A stretch of 63,972 bases of DNA, filler included, from Basidioascus undulatus (Eukaryota), in assembly GCA_000826855.1 (NCBI GenBank). It is 9 parts of 9 records of this genome, joined end to end, with 100 filler letters (N's around TTAATTAATTAA, not from the genome) between each part and the next. Parts side by side here need not be neighbours in the genome. Positions count along the whole stretch, not along the records: positions 35,541 to 40,305 come from JTLS01002076.1; positions 40,406 to 45,168 come from JTLS01002077.1; positions 45,269 to 50,030 come from JTLS01002078.1; 6 more parts are not named here. The stretch is one strand, 5' to 3'. The position numbers and the translations under genes were made by a program. How positions within the stretch are numbered: position 1 is the first letter of the stretch; the number at the start of each line of letters is the position of its first letter. This document shows, one piece after another, positions 38,653 through 50,130 of the stretch. Under the pieces are notes generated by a model, which saw only the letters and a program-made list of their open reading frames with translations, had not been told where the DNA came from and made no database searches.

Positions 38653-39558
38653 TTCGAAGTATACCGCAAAAAATCGAAGGTAGATCAAGATTGATCGAAC
38701 GAAAAACGGCTTTGGTGGCAAGTGGTCGGGTGGCTAATGGTGATGATGGTGGCGGGAGACAAGAAACGGCGCGCGCGGACTTGTTCGTTTTCGCAAATGT
38801 GTGTTAGGACAAGGGCACTTCAATGGGATGGAAACTTTACAGTTGTTGCTGGATATTGTTTAACCACCTAAACTGGGCAGATCGCTGTGAGAGCCTTTTC
38901 GGCATCCGTCCCTAACGGCCGGATCATGGCTGTCTTCCTCCCGCGATGAGGGTGACAACGCAGGGGACGGCGTGAAGCTTCATCATGGCCTTCATGAAGG
39001 CTTGACTTGGATTGTATGACAAGGGCGAGGAGCGGAGGTGGGCCGGGGGGCCATGGCACACAGCCAGATGACCACAGGGTAGCTACAGCGGCACTGCATT
39101 TTCACGGGCTGAGATTTGGGAGGGTCTGGTCGGGAATGAAGCCATGAAGTGCTGCCCAACGCGGATCGAGAACACGGCGGACGCGTTGCAGCTCGAAACA
39201 TGGCTCGCAGGTCCTAGCTCATGGTCTGCTCATTTCAGCAGTGCATGTTCTGTTAGCCATGTAACGAAAGTCGCGCATTCAGCGCAGTGCGTTGCGAAGC
39301 GGGGGAAGGTTTGAGCGCGGAGCGAAGCCCAGGACCGCGGAGATCGAGAAACGACAGTCAACGTCCAGGCGCCTAAGAATTGAAGCGAAAGCGGCAAAGA
39401 CGCCAGCTGCGTCCGTGAGCCCCTCAGAAGCGCGCGACTGAACGTGAAAGCGGAATGGTATACAAAGAAAGAAGGAAGAATGATCATCGCAGGGTCCTAC
39501 AGCACAACCAGCGCCCGCGCGCGTCGACACCCTCGTTCGACAGGCGCACGGCCGACGC

Positions 39559-40305
39559 TCAGTAACCCGCAGCAGCGGGCCTGCCCAACGCACGCGCATC
39601 AGTACTGGGGGCACGCAACGGATGATTTGAAGAGGGAAAGAAGGGAGAAGGAAGGACTCACGCCCGCTCGCCCTGGCGCTTGAGGCTGAGGAGAACCTCC
39701 TTGAACCGGGGCACGTCCTTCCGTCCCATCGTCTTGGACTGTGAGTTTTCGAGCTCGACGAGATCGCAAATCCCTGTGAAGGGGAGGGAGGGATGAGTGG
39801 AATGGTGGGATGAGGGAGGGAGGGATGGAGGGAGGGGAGGGACGCACGCTCCCACGTCGTTCCCGACGCCAACGCATCCGTCCGCTTGGCTTGGAACTCG
39901 GCCTCCTCCTCCCTGCAGCACTCCAAACACGTAAGTATGTCTCCCTCAAAAGCACACACCCCTGTGGTCTTCTCGAACCCAGGAACGAACCGTCGACTCA
40001 CTTGTTCTTCGCGATGTTCGCCGCCTTGCGCTCATTGTACTCGGTGTAAAAATCGTCGATCGCCTTCTCAGCCTTCAGGACCGTCTCCTCCTTCTTCTTC
40101 TCGCTCTCCGCATCGCGCTCGGCGATCTCCGCCGCGCGCCGCTCGCGCCACGCGCGCACGGGCTCGGGCTCGGGGTCCGTCGGCAGGCGCGCGCAGAAGA
40201 GCGGCGGCTGGTGCGGCGCCGCGGGGGTAGTGGAGGTGAAGGAGGATTGTTGGGGGAATTTAATATCCAGCCTGCGAGTCTGGACAAGGTGGGAGAATGT
40301 GCAAT
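39559..40305 (-). CDS. CLC1: Clathrin light chain; 5' end cut by contig edge
   Basis: EPEPVRAWRERRAAEIAERDAESEKKKEETVLKAEKAIDDFYTEYN, GTTWER/ICDLVELENSQSKT, RFKEVLLSLKRQGERAPAAAGY*. Confidence 0.9.
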
Positions 40306-40405
40306 NNNNNNNNNNNNNNNNNNNNNNNNNNNNNNNNNNNNNNNNNNNNTTAATTAATTAANNNNNNNNNNNNNNNNNNNNNNNNNNNNNNNNNNNNNNN
40401 NNNNN
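40306..40405. other. Artificial contig linker
   Basis: N44-TTAATTAATTAA-N44. Confidence 0.98.
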
Positions 40406-40478
40406 TGTGATTCGAACACACGCTCCCAGAGGGAACTGCCTTAGCAGGGCAGCGCGTTAACCACTCCGCCAAAGCGCC
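40406..40478 (-). tRNA. tRNA-Ser(GCT); 3' end truncated by contig edge
   Basis: GGCGCTTTGGCGGAGTGGTTAACGCG-CTGCC-CTGCTAA-GGCAG, a long variable arm TTCCCTCTGGGAG, and GTGTGTTCGAATCACA. Confidence 0.9.
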
Positions 40479-42049
40479 GGCGGAAACTTATGCTATACGT
40501 CTTATATAATTCAGGGAGTACCGGGGAACTTGCTGATGTACGAGTCCGCATCTCAACGAGCAGGGGCAAGCCGGTAGATCTTCCACCGCTGACTCATGCC
40601 AGCTGGAAAATGGCATACTCAAGTTGCTGACACCCATCGCACCCTCGCAGGTTCCGCCATCTTCCCCTTCATGACCGGCGCACTTTCGTCCAAGGTCCGT
40701 TTCATGACGTCCTGCCTGTCTTCCCGGCTGCAACGTGCTCTTACCCGCCTTTCTCATCTGTGCTACCCTCCAAAAGTTCGGTGTCAAGGTCCTCCAGTCG
40801 CTCATCATCGTGCGTTTGTAGCGGTTCTCCCTTCTTCGCTGTTGCCCAGCGCGCCGCTATCGTGTGGCCTTCACTAACGCTCTGTCCGCCGCAACGCTGA
40901 GAATGCTCGCTATACAAATCGCTGTTTGGTTCCTCGTCCCGCGTATACCACGTCGCGTCGAGTAATCGCGGGTATCTGCAAAATAGGCCAGGAGTGCGCG
41001 AGAACTGCGGGTTGGCAGAGGCTCGTGGTCTCGCTCCGTACTGCGCAAGGGTTTGGTCGATAGAGTCGTGTTCCCGTAGACAATGTATTCCCTTTTTTTT
41101 TTGCGATGTTTTTTTTTCGCGGGGATTCGAGAAGACTACCTGGGTGCCTCCTGGAAGAATCGTGGTCGGGAGACAACTGCCATTTAGTAGGCGCCTGGCT
41201 CGTCACGTTGCAGGCAGTGGCGCCAGTCTTCCGTGCGTTTCGTGTTGATACCGCACATGCCTCAAAACTGACTCATTACCACAGTATTACACGAGCAGCT
41301 CGCCCAATTCGAGCTGACCTTCCTGCTGAAGCATATACAAGACCAGGGTTTGCGATGGCTGGGTCTCCGGCCTTCTCGAAATACTTTTAAAGGTCTGCGG
41401 ACGACTCTATCAAGACTTCGATACAGGCTCGCAGTCAGTTTATTTGTCCTATTCCCTCGTTCCTTGCACCCTGCTTATTACATTCATCAGGAAACTCGTA
41501 TTCGGACGGCATCGATCGTTCGATGATTGCTCTTGTTACGCCAAGCAAGCACACTTGTATGCTCGTTGAAAGCCTCGGATAGACTCTGTACCCTAACTGC
41601 TGACATGCTCATGTGCAGATGCTCCTCACATCGCGGCAATCCACAAGTTAACGAAGAATTCAGCCGTGAGCGCGTGAAGCCGTCGCAGTCTCTTTCAAAT
41701 GCACTCGGAGGTGCGCATACGAGCCCTTCAAATTTTCATCCAGATCTTGCTTGAACGTCTCTTGGCAGAATTCCGGTCGTCCACAAAATGGAGTTCGATC
41801 TGCGCACCGGATCCGGTAATCGCATTGAGTGCCGCATCAGCATCGGCATCTGCGATGAGCTACTGAAACGTCTTTGCTTTCCATAGATCTCGAATTTGCG
41901 AAGAAGATCCAGAGGGCTATGCGTAAATTCGAATACATAGGTATTGATGCTCTCGCTGACTGTGCCTTTCAGGCCCAAACACAAAGGGAGTGGTACGTCC
42001 CGTACACTGCGTCAGATCGAAATTAAATATCTCACTGCAACTTCAATTA

Positions 42050-43120
42050 CACAGCACCTGCAAAATCGTCCCACCTGGTGTCTAAGGCGCGCCTCGAGCG
42101 GGTTCTTCGACCCTTCGGCAGTCGAGCGTTTCGGCCCGACCGAGTTGCTCGAGCTGTGGGAGATCATCGACGACGCGAGACGGCCGCTCAACTCGCTACT
42201 CCCGTTCTCTCGGGCTGAATGCGCTGTCTTCGTCTATGCCGAGCCCAAGCCCGAGCCTCCTCCCCAGCCAAAGACTCTGCCGCCGCCGCGTTAGCTCAAG
42301 CCGTTCGAGTCGACGATTCCTATTACCGCTCCTGGCGAAACGGCAGCGCGTTCGGCGCATGAATACGTCGCGGGCCTGGAGCCGGTGAAGCAGAAGGTGA
42401 AGACGCGGAACGAGGATAATGAAGGTGCGCTGAAAGCCTGCGTTCCTTCTTTCTCTGCCCTTACCGGTCCAGGCAGCTCACAGATGGGACGATAGCAGCG
42501 ACGGAATTAGACGAGTTTCAGGCAGAGCTAGCCGACGTGGAAGCGCAGATTGCGGGCTTAGAAAAGCACACCCCCGCCGTCAAGCATGCCCCCGAGAAGC
42601 TTACCGACTCGTACACCGAACGGCTCCCCGCAGCGTCGGGCGCGCAGTTCATGGTGAGCCGCAAGGTCCGGAAGACTGGGACCAGCTCCTCAGGAAAAGC
42701 GAGTCGGCGGGTGAGAAGAAGGGCATCCTGCGCTGGGGGGACTTGGTCAGGGTGCGTCTGAGTTTTCTAGCTTGAGTATCGCCCCCGGATCAAAAACCGT
42801 GACCTTGTTTCATCCCACACCTCTACAGGCCGTGCGCGCCGTGTCTTTCGAGTCGATCGAGGCTGCCGGGTCTGCGGTGCGCTTCGAGCCGCGACCGAGC
42901 GGGAAGGAGGACCGCGACGAGTTCCTCAAAGACCGTCATGCCATTTCGTTCCACAAGCGCGCCTTTCTAGTTTCTCTGAATTTCCGCCCCTAGGGGCTGA
43001 ACTCTTCTTCGTTCAGGCCCCGCCCTGACTCGACGCTCTCTCCCTGCTGAGCCGCGTCTTCGGCCGGCGCCTGGAGCGCCGCCTGGGCATCACGTCTTGC
43101 AACTTCTCAGTTATCACCAC
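42050..43120 (+). pseudogene. Fungal protein with a C-terminal HicA-like domain, degenerate
   Basis: KQKVKTR.. FMVSRKV..KKGILRWGDLVR|AVRAVSFESIEAAGSAVRFEP..AISFHK|PRPDSTLS..RVFGRRLERRLGIT. There is a TAG at 42292-42294 and frameshifts near 42677 and 43044. The relic probably extends upstream to about 41350. Confidence 0.6.
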
Positions 43121-45168
43121 CACCTCTTTAATGCATTTGGTTTTGTTCTTGAAGCTCCGGTATGCGTTATAAATGTTGTGCTGCCAGCTGCTTGGACTGT
43201 ACAGACGCAATGGAAAATGACACTCGAATTCCCGGCGGACCCTTTCCTGTTGATCTATTGTGGACTGCGAGTAAATGCCCACAGGTCTCACCTCGAACGC
43301 TTATTAAAATGTTCCGGAAAATTCCTGTCAGCCTCGCGTTCTACACGAGACCCAGGACGCCTTTGTGCTGCACAAGTTGATGTCCTCCGCAGTGAGAAAT
43401 TGCCGTCTCATCCTCCCAACAACAACGTTGACATCCTCACCCCAGTCCAGACTCCTTCAACTTTGACAAAATAGCTGGTCGAGCTCCGCCCCTCGGCTTC
43501 TCGCAATCATGGAGGTCATTCACGGCACCTAGGCCTCGGTCAAGCGACAGCGAAGAGAGAACTCGTCGCTTGGTGGGACCGTGTGTATTCTCCTGCCTCA
43601 ACTGCTTCCACTCGTCGCGAGGCTCTGGTGCCCCTGAAAGGCATCCGATGATTCGAGTCTTGCGTTCGTTCGAGATTATCTGTGCTCAACTGCTGCTCGA
43701 GGAACTTTGGGACAACATCGCTCCACGCACAGGCACAAAGAAGGATATTCTCCGAATTGTTGTTGTCAAACGTATTTATTGCTATAAAGTGTTTGCCGGT
43801 GTCAAATAGTACAGTTTCTCGAACTCGTTTAAACGCTAAAGTGAGCATTGGTAGCAGACTGAGAGTCTGAGGATTCTGTAGACAGAAATCGCGTTGACCG
43901 ACACAGCCGCTGCATTGGGTTGTCTTCCGAAGTTACGTTTGGGCGCACAGGGAGATAACATGGGCCTCTTTCTGAAATTTTGGCCCTCGGGTGGCTCTCA
44001 AAGGCAGGACACACATTAAAGCAAGGACGCATGTGCGCAGGGCAGTTTGTGCGGTGCAACTTGTAGCACGCTGTGTAGCGCTTGTACAGCTACTGCCGGC
44101 TGGATATTGAGCTCAAAATGAAGAGAGGTTTTGGGAGGTATCATGCTCGGACAGTGTTATCGAGCCTAAAAGTCCCATGATCGCTTTGCCGTTGTCTCGT
44201 AAGCCACAGGCTGCCCCCCTGCGCATCGTGTCTGTCGCGCCGACCGAAATTGTCGGCTTAGCTGTGCGCTTTGAGCCGCGACGCAGCGGAAAGGAGCGAC
44301 ATGCCTTTTCAGTCCGCAAGCGAGTCTTTCGATTTGCTTTTTGAGACGTAGTAAAAATAAATTTACTCCGTGTTGGCCCGACTGGAAGATGTCTCTGGTG
44401 GGTGAAGGAAAAGGCTGCAAAAAAATGGTTCTTCCGTGGATTGAACACGGTACCTTCAGGACTTCAATCTGACGCTCTCCCAGATGAGCTAAAGAACCTC
44501 GACACCCGGGATCAAATGTTCATAAAACTATTCAAAATGCGGATCATCGTAGCTTCCTTACGATGTAGGGTCTCTGTACTTTAACTAGAGCCAGTTGCTT
44601 TTCTTTATGAAGATGGTCATGTGCGGTGAGTTCGGCAGTCTCCGCTTCTTGCTGCAGCATCTCCGACCCGGAGACTTTCAAGCTGCATTGATTTGGTCCT
44701 CTCGGTCTTGGCCCACATGGATCTCTAAAACTACCTATGTCTTGGGTCAGATACTGTGTGTTGTTTCCTGGGAGCTACAGATACGGCAGTGGGCAACCTG
44801 ACGAATTAAAGTCGCAAGGCACATGTCAATGCAGTGCAGGGTGCTGCCACATCAGACGTGATCCTCGAAATGTCACAGACAAGATACGGCAGCGATATTT
44901 CCAGTATTTCCTTGTATTTCCTGCTGTTTCTTCATACTGCGAGCTTTACAGCAAGCGTCTTGAAAGCGTGCAACTGTATCCCCGGCCAGCCCGCGGTTGA
45001 TTTCTTTGCAGCGAGCGGGCCGTTTTGGGCCCGTGCGGGCGGGCTTGTCGACGTCGCAGCAGGCTCGGAGTGCATCGTCGGACCTTCAAGCTTCGTACTT
45101 TTACCTCGTGCTTGCTTGACCCTCGTCCTCTGTCCGACCCCCGCCCCGCCCCGCCCCTCCCCCTCCCC

Positions 45169-45268
45169 NNNNNNNNNNNNNNNNNNNNNNNNNNNNNNNN
45201 NNNNNNNNNNNNTTAATTAATTAANNNNNNNNNNNNNNNNNNNNNNNNNNNNNNNNNNNNNNNNNNNN
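45169..45268. other. Artificial contig linker
   Basis: N44-TTAATTAATTAA-N44. Confidence 0.98.
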
Positions 45269-46664
45269 CGCCACGATGCAGTTCATCTCCGCCCAGCCGG
45301 CGCGTGCTCCCGGCGCTCCTCTCCGTTCTCCTCCCCCTCCCCCTCCCCCTCCTCCTCCTCCTCTTCCTCCTCCTCCCCCTCCTCCAGCAGCGCGTCCTCC
45401 TCCTCATCCAGGCTGTCCTCCCTCAGTCCACCCTGCACCGCGCGCGCACCCTCCGCCCTGGCAGGGGCCTCCGCGGGAGGGGAAGAAATAGAGGGCTTGG
45501 GCTTCCGCGCCTTGTCCTCCCCGGAGAGGACGACGTCCCCATCCGGCGTCACTTGCGTTGCGCCCCGCGCGAGGTTCCGCGTTTCGTAGAAACGGTAGAT
45601 CTCGGCCACTGCGGGGCGGCGCGGGAGGAGGAGCAGGTAATCGCGGAAGTCGGTGAACTGCTCGTAGGTGTCAGCCTGAGGGGAAGGTGCTGGGGGGAGG
45701 AGGTGGAAGAGGAAAACCTCGATGTGCCCCGACTTGTCCTGGTCGAGGGACGTGAAGAACTGCTCGAAGGCAGCTTCGGATGGGCGGATGCCTGGTGAAC
45801 CCTCATCAGCTCGGGGTTCCCTCTGCATTTTGGGAAGAAAAATAAACATACCAGCCCGCTCCAGCGCAGCTTTCAGCTCGTCCCTATCCAGACGCATGTC
45901 CTGGTTCTTATCCAGCTCCTGGTAGACCTCTGATCTCGCGCGCTTCCCTCCGTCAGCCTTCTCATCCACCTTCCCCCCGTCAAGAAGAACAAGCACGTAC
46001 GCCACAGCTCGCGCTCCTTCTCCTCGGCGTACGAGCAAAAGTCCCTCCACGTTACGCCGACGCGCTCCGTGCCCTCCTCCAACATATGGTGGTGGTGCTG
46101 CTGATCCAGCCTCTCCTGCCCCTCCTCGGGCGCTCCGCGCGGGCCCATCCCAGGCCCGACGCACTGTTTGACTAGCTCGCCCGCATAGTCCGGGGGCGCG
46201 GCAGGCGGGGGCGCGGGCGGGTGATCTGACCTTGCCGTGGCTGCGGAGGCAGGGCGGCGGTGATTCTCGCGCGTGGGCAGCCCCTCCCATACGCGCCGGA
46301 GCCGCTCGCGCCGGGCTTTCGCGCCCTCGCGGCGGCGGACGTCAGCGAGGTTGTGTGGGCGCGCGGGAGCGAGGGACCGGTGCGGATCGTCGGAACCGCG
46401 GAGGTTGGGGTCCACCCAGCTGTCGGTGCCGTGCGTCCCCGCGCCCCAGCCGCCACGCCACGCGCCCGAGAGCGTGCCGTGGAAGCGGTCGATGGCGGAG
46501 ATGGTCTGGCTCGTTTCGGGCGAGGAGGACGGGAAGGGCGGGGGCGGGATCTGGTAGATGTATACTGGCGGGGATGGAGAGGATGGCGGCGGGGATGAGG
46601 AGGATGAGGGCGCGGGTGGATGGGATGAAGGATTTGATGGTGGTTTTGGATCGGATGAAGACAT
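45269..46664 (-). CDS. SAL1: Ca2+-binding mitochondrial ATP-Mg/Pi carrier (SAL1/SCaMC), N-terminal EF-hand half; carrier domain beyond contig edge
   Basis: VTWRDFCSYAEEKERELW, EF-hands ELDKNQDMRLDRDEL and SLDQDKSGHIEFTDFRDYLLLLP, then EIYRFY..VTPDGDV. Confidence 0.85.
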
Positions 46665-47160
46665 TGTCGAGCGGCGGGCGGGGGGTCGGGCAAGCAGGCA
46701 AGGCGAAGACGCACGACCGAGGAAGGCTCGAGGAGAGGCCCCGCCAAGTCGCGTGGAACTTGCCGCGTAATCAAGTACGCTCGGAGGATCCTACAGCGCC
46801 CTTCTACGCTCAGAGCATAAGAGAGTGAGGGAGCGCGTTTGGGGGAGCGTCGGGACCGCTGGGGTGGTCGTCGTCGCTGTTGGTGATGGGGTGGGGGCTA
46901 GCCAAGGGAGTCGGGGCGCGACGGACTGCAAGTGCGTCAGTGGGACCTGAGACCATCCGGCCTCTCGCGAGAGCGCGGTTTGCTACACCATCAACAGTTG
47001 CCCCTGCCTCTGCGCAACAGCTTGCAGTTCAGCGCGTTGCCTGAATTTTTTGGACCTGCAGGCGACGTTCGATTGCCAGCCGTTCCTTTTGGCACCGCCA
47101 TGTTTCCGTCTTCACCCTCTCCCCGTCTTTCACCTGTTCCTCGACTTCCTACAAGTAGCC

Positions 47161-47680
47161 ATGTTCCCTCTCACTTCGATCCCAGTCGCCTTCGCCTCCC
47201 GCACCATTCTAATAACCGGTGCAGCCGGCCTGCTCGGCACTGCCCTCCTCTTCCGGCGTCTCGTTCCCACCGCACAGTTTGCTCTTCGTCCAGACGAGTG
47301 ATCCGGATCGTCCGCGGTCACGACGCCCGCGCGTTCTCGCCAATCTTGCGGACCGGTTTGGGCTGCAGGAGGAGGAATGGGAGGACTTGAGGCGGGGCGT
47401 GGAGATTGTCTTCCATACGGCGGAGGATCTCAACCTCGCTTGAGGACACATACAAGAGAAAGGTACGTGCTCTGACTACACAGCGCCCGACTGACTATTC
47501 CACAGGCTCATCGCGCTTTTCACGCCCCTCTCTTCCCGGGTAAAAGTCTTCGTAAACCTTTCCACTGTCAATGTCCACTCCGACCTCGCGGTCCGGCGAG
47601 GTGCCCGAGCGCCGGCGCGCACGGGGACGACAGCGCAAGAAGTGGAGGAGGTACCTTGAGCGGGCGGGGTGAAGCTAGAT
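47161..47680 (+). pseudogene. Fatty acyl-CoA reductase / NAD_binding_4-type reductase fragment
   Basis: TILITGAAGLLGTALLFR, FGLQEEEWEDLRRGVEIVFHTAEDLNL*, VKVFVNLST, with stops and internal deletions. Confidence 0.6.
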
Positions 47681-48060
47681 GGCTTGGCGGTGGTGGTTCA
47701 GAGAACATTAAGGGCGCTGCTCTTGACGTCGGTTTGTACCATACACGGAAGCTCATTCCCACAAGTTGTTCTGAAGCACAAGCTCTCAGAGACTCTTAGT
47801 TTATGATCATTCCCTTGGCTGGGAAGGCAGATCGGGGGTACGATCTGCTTGTAGATCTCTTTTTGCCCGGCTCAGTCGGGCAGAATGCGAGTGTTTCGAG
47901 TAACGTAACGGTCGGTCAATGCTCTGGAAAATATTCACAATAGGATGTTTTGACCCCTTTTTTTTTTGCCTGTTCTGCCTCGTTCTGGCCCTTGTGCACT
48001 TACCGCCACCACCGTTGTCCTTCACCACGCCCATAAACACCCACATAACATCGCCGCAGG

Positions 48061-49196
48061 ATGGGTTCGAGCCCATTCCGTCTTGCTCCTATCGAGATCA
48101 TTGAGCGCATCTTCGAGCTTGCTAGCCAAAGAGACGACGATGGCCTTTGCCACCAAGCTGGCTTTGACGGCCATATGCAAAGCTCTGAGGGTATGTCTCC
48201 CGCCGGTACTTCTACAAGGGAAACGGGCTCACGTGATATATCGTCTGAACAGGATGTTGGGGCACGCAACTTCTATCGAGACATCACGCTGTACACAGAA
48301 TCCGATCGAAGCGCTACTCACAGCACTTCACACTTCGCGCTCGCAAGGGGCTGACCTGGCCTCCCAAGTTGCTCTCTGACCGTTAGCATCATCGAGTGGA
48401 ATGACTTCATCGTATCTGCCTCGCTCGACATGACCGCGCTTCCGATACTACTCTCCGTGCTCTCCCATCTCGAAGCGTTCAGATCTTACCAGCTTCTTCA
48501 GAAGTATCAGTGGGTTCGCCCTGTCTGTTTATACACCCTGACTGTCCTGTCATTGGCCACTTTCTCCACCCTTCGTGTCCTCGGCGTTCAGCTCGACCTC
48601 ACTTGGGAACCCGCTTCGACATTGTCATGCATCGGCGAGTTCTCGCACTTGCGCACGTTGGAGGTTTCTTCAAGAACGCGCATTTTCATGTCTACATATC
48701 TCGATCCCTTCACCTCAAGGTGCTCACCAGGCTGGAATTCGGCAGTGAAGCCTTTCGCGACGGTGGCAGCAACTGGCTCGCGGGCTTGCATTTCGCCAAC
48801 CTTACCGATCTCATCCTTATTTTGAGAACCGAACTCCCTCAGTGGGAAGAATCGACATTTATGCAAAAGCACGGTCCTCGTCTGAACTGCTACGACTGGC
48901 CTATTCGGCTCCGGCTGCATTGCGACCGAAGGGGCGGCTGCTCAGCATGTGCCCCAACTTGCGTCGGCTGCATCTCGAAACTTTTCCGGTTCCGCCTGAT
49001 CTCGTTGAGTCGCTTCCACCACGTCTTAAAACTCTTCGCATTAGGATACACTCTGGCACACTATCCCAGTGGGGCTAATTTTCTGCGTAACTTGGTGGGG
49101 TCAGAGCCTGAAAGGCTGCGGGCTGTCTCTCTGACACGGTACACGCCCCTAGTCTTCACTTGGCATAGTTTTGTGGATACTTCGATGCCGGCTTGA
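48061..49196 (+). pseudogene. F-box/LRR protein, degenerate
   Basis: LAPIEIIERIFELA..LALTAICKAL..FYRDITL, FSHLRTLEV, FANLTDLIL, MCPNLRRLHL, LPPRLKTLRI, in shifting frames. Confidence 0.6.
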
Positions 49197-50030
49197 GCAA
49201 AGCATGATGCCGAGAGCGCACGGGATCGGGCTTGTCGACGAAGAGGGGTTGAGCAGCGCGATGTTGCATGATGTGATGTGATTTGTCATGCCTGAGTTGA
49301 ACGTCAGATTTGCTCGCCTCAAATCCTCGAGGATGTTGTATTCAAAGATATATGGTAGCTCACCATGAGATGAGCAATTCCAAGCTCTGTAGTCTCGCTT
49401 ACAGCCGCAGACACCGCAGAACGAGCACCCGAGAGGCAGGGCGCGGCACTGGACGCACATATCATCAATTGGCTGTTGAGCAAGTGTAACAGCCAGTTCC
49501 GCATAATATTTCAAAGAGAAGGACTAAATGCAGAAACCCGCCCAACAAAGCTTCCAGTTGTTCACCGCGCAGCGTTGTTGTCGCGCGGCGAACAGATGCC
49601 TTTGGACACGTTCGGGTTTACCAAGTAGCTCAGGGTGTCAGGCAGGTTGCCCATAATACCTTTTCGCTGCAGTTCTAAGTTGACGAAACATGCTACGCAC
49701 GGAAGCATTGACAGCAACCCCCCAGATGCCCCTCGAATGCAATGCGTAGTGCATGCCTGCCACGGTCGAACGGGGCGGAAGTTGCAGGTGGGCTGGGAAG
49801 AATGTAGTGACATGGTATTGTAAATTAAAATCGGAATGCATGTGCAAGGAAAGGTAACAGTACAGTACGAGTGTGCACGAGTGACCACATTCCGTAGAGG
49901 GGAAACTCGCGCGTCGAGGACCATGCCGATAGGTTCCTCTCCCTCCCCTGCAAGTTGACTTCAGCCGGCTCTCATCCCTGCTCCACCTTCGCACCCAAAC
50001 TTTTCAGGCTTCGCTAGAGACCGTAGACGA

Positions 50031-50130
50031 NNNNNNNNNNNNNNNNNNNNNNNNNNNNNNNNNNNNNNNNNNNNTTAATTAATTAANNNNNNNNNNNNNN
50101 NNNNNNNNNNNNNNNNNNNNNNNNNNNNNN
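50031..50130. other. Artificial contig linker
   Basis: N44-TTAATTAATTAA-N44. Confidence 0.98.

Noticed and set aside
30674..40478. tRNA genes sitting exactly at contig starts, suggestive of integration sites
   Set aside because: Identical multicopy tRNAs commonly break short-read assemblies. No integrase, LTR or target-site duplication was seen.
93..42294. TAG stop-codon reassignment suggested by in-frame TAGs (230, 27520, 42292)
   Set aside because: Intact genes (MSS116, cdc25, RTA1-like, MT, OCT1) terminate at TAG, and two of the three affected regions show other lesions. Pseudogenisation is the simpler explanation.
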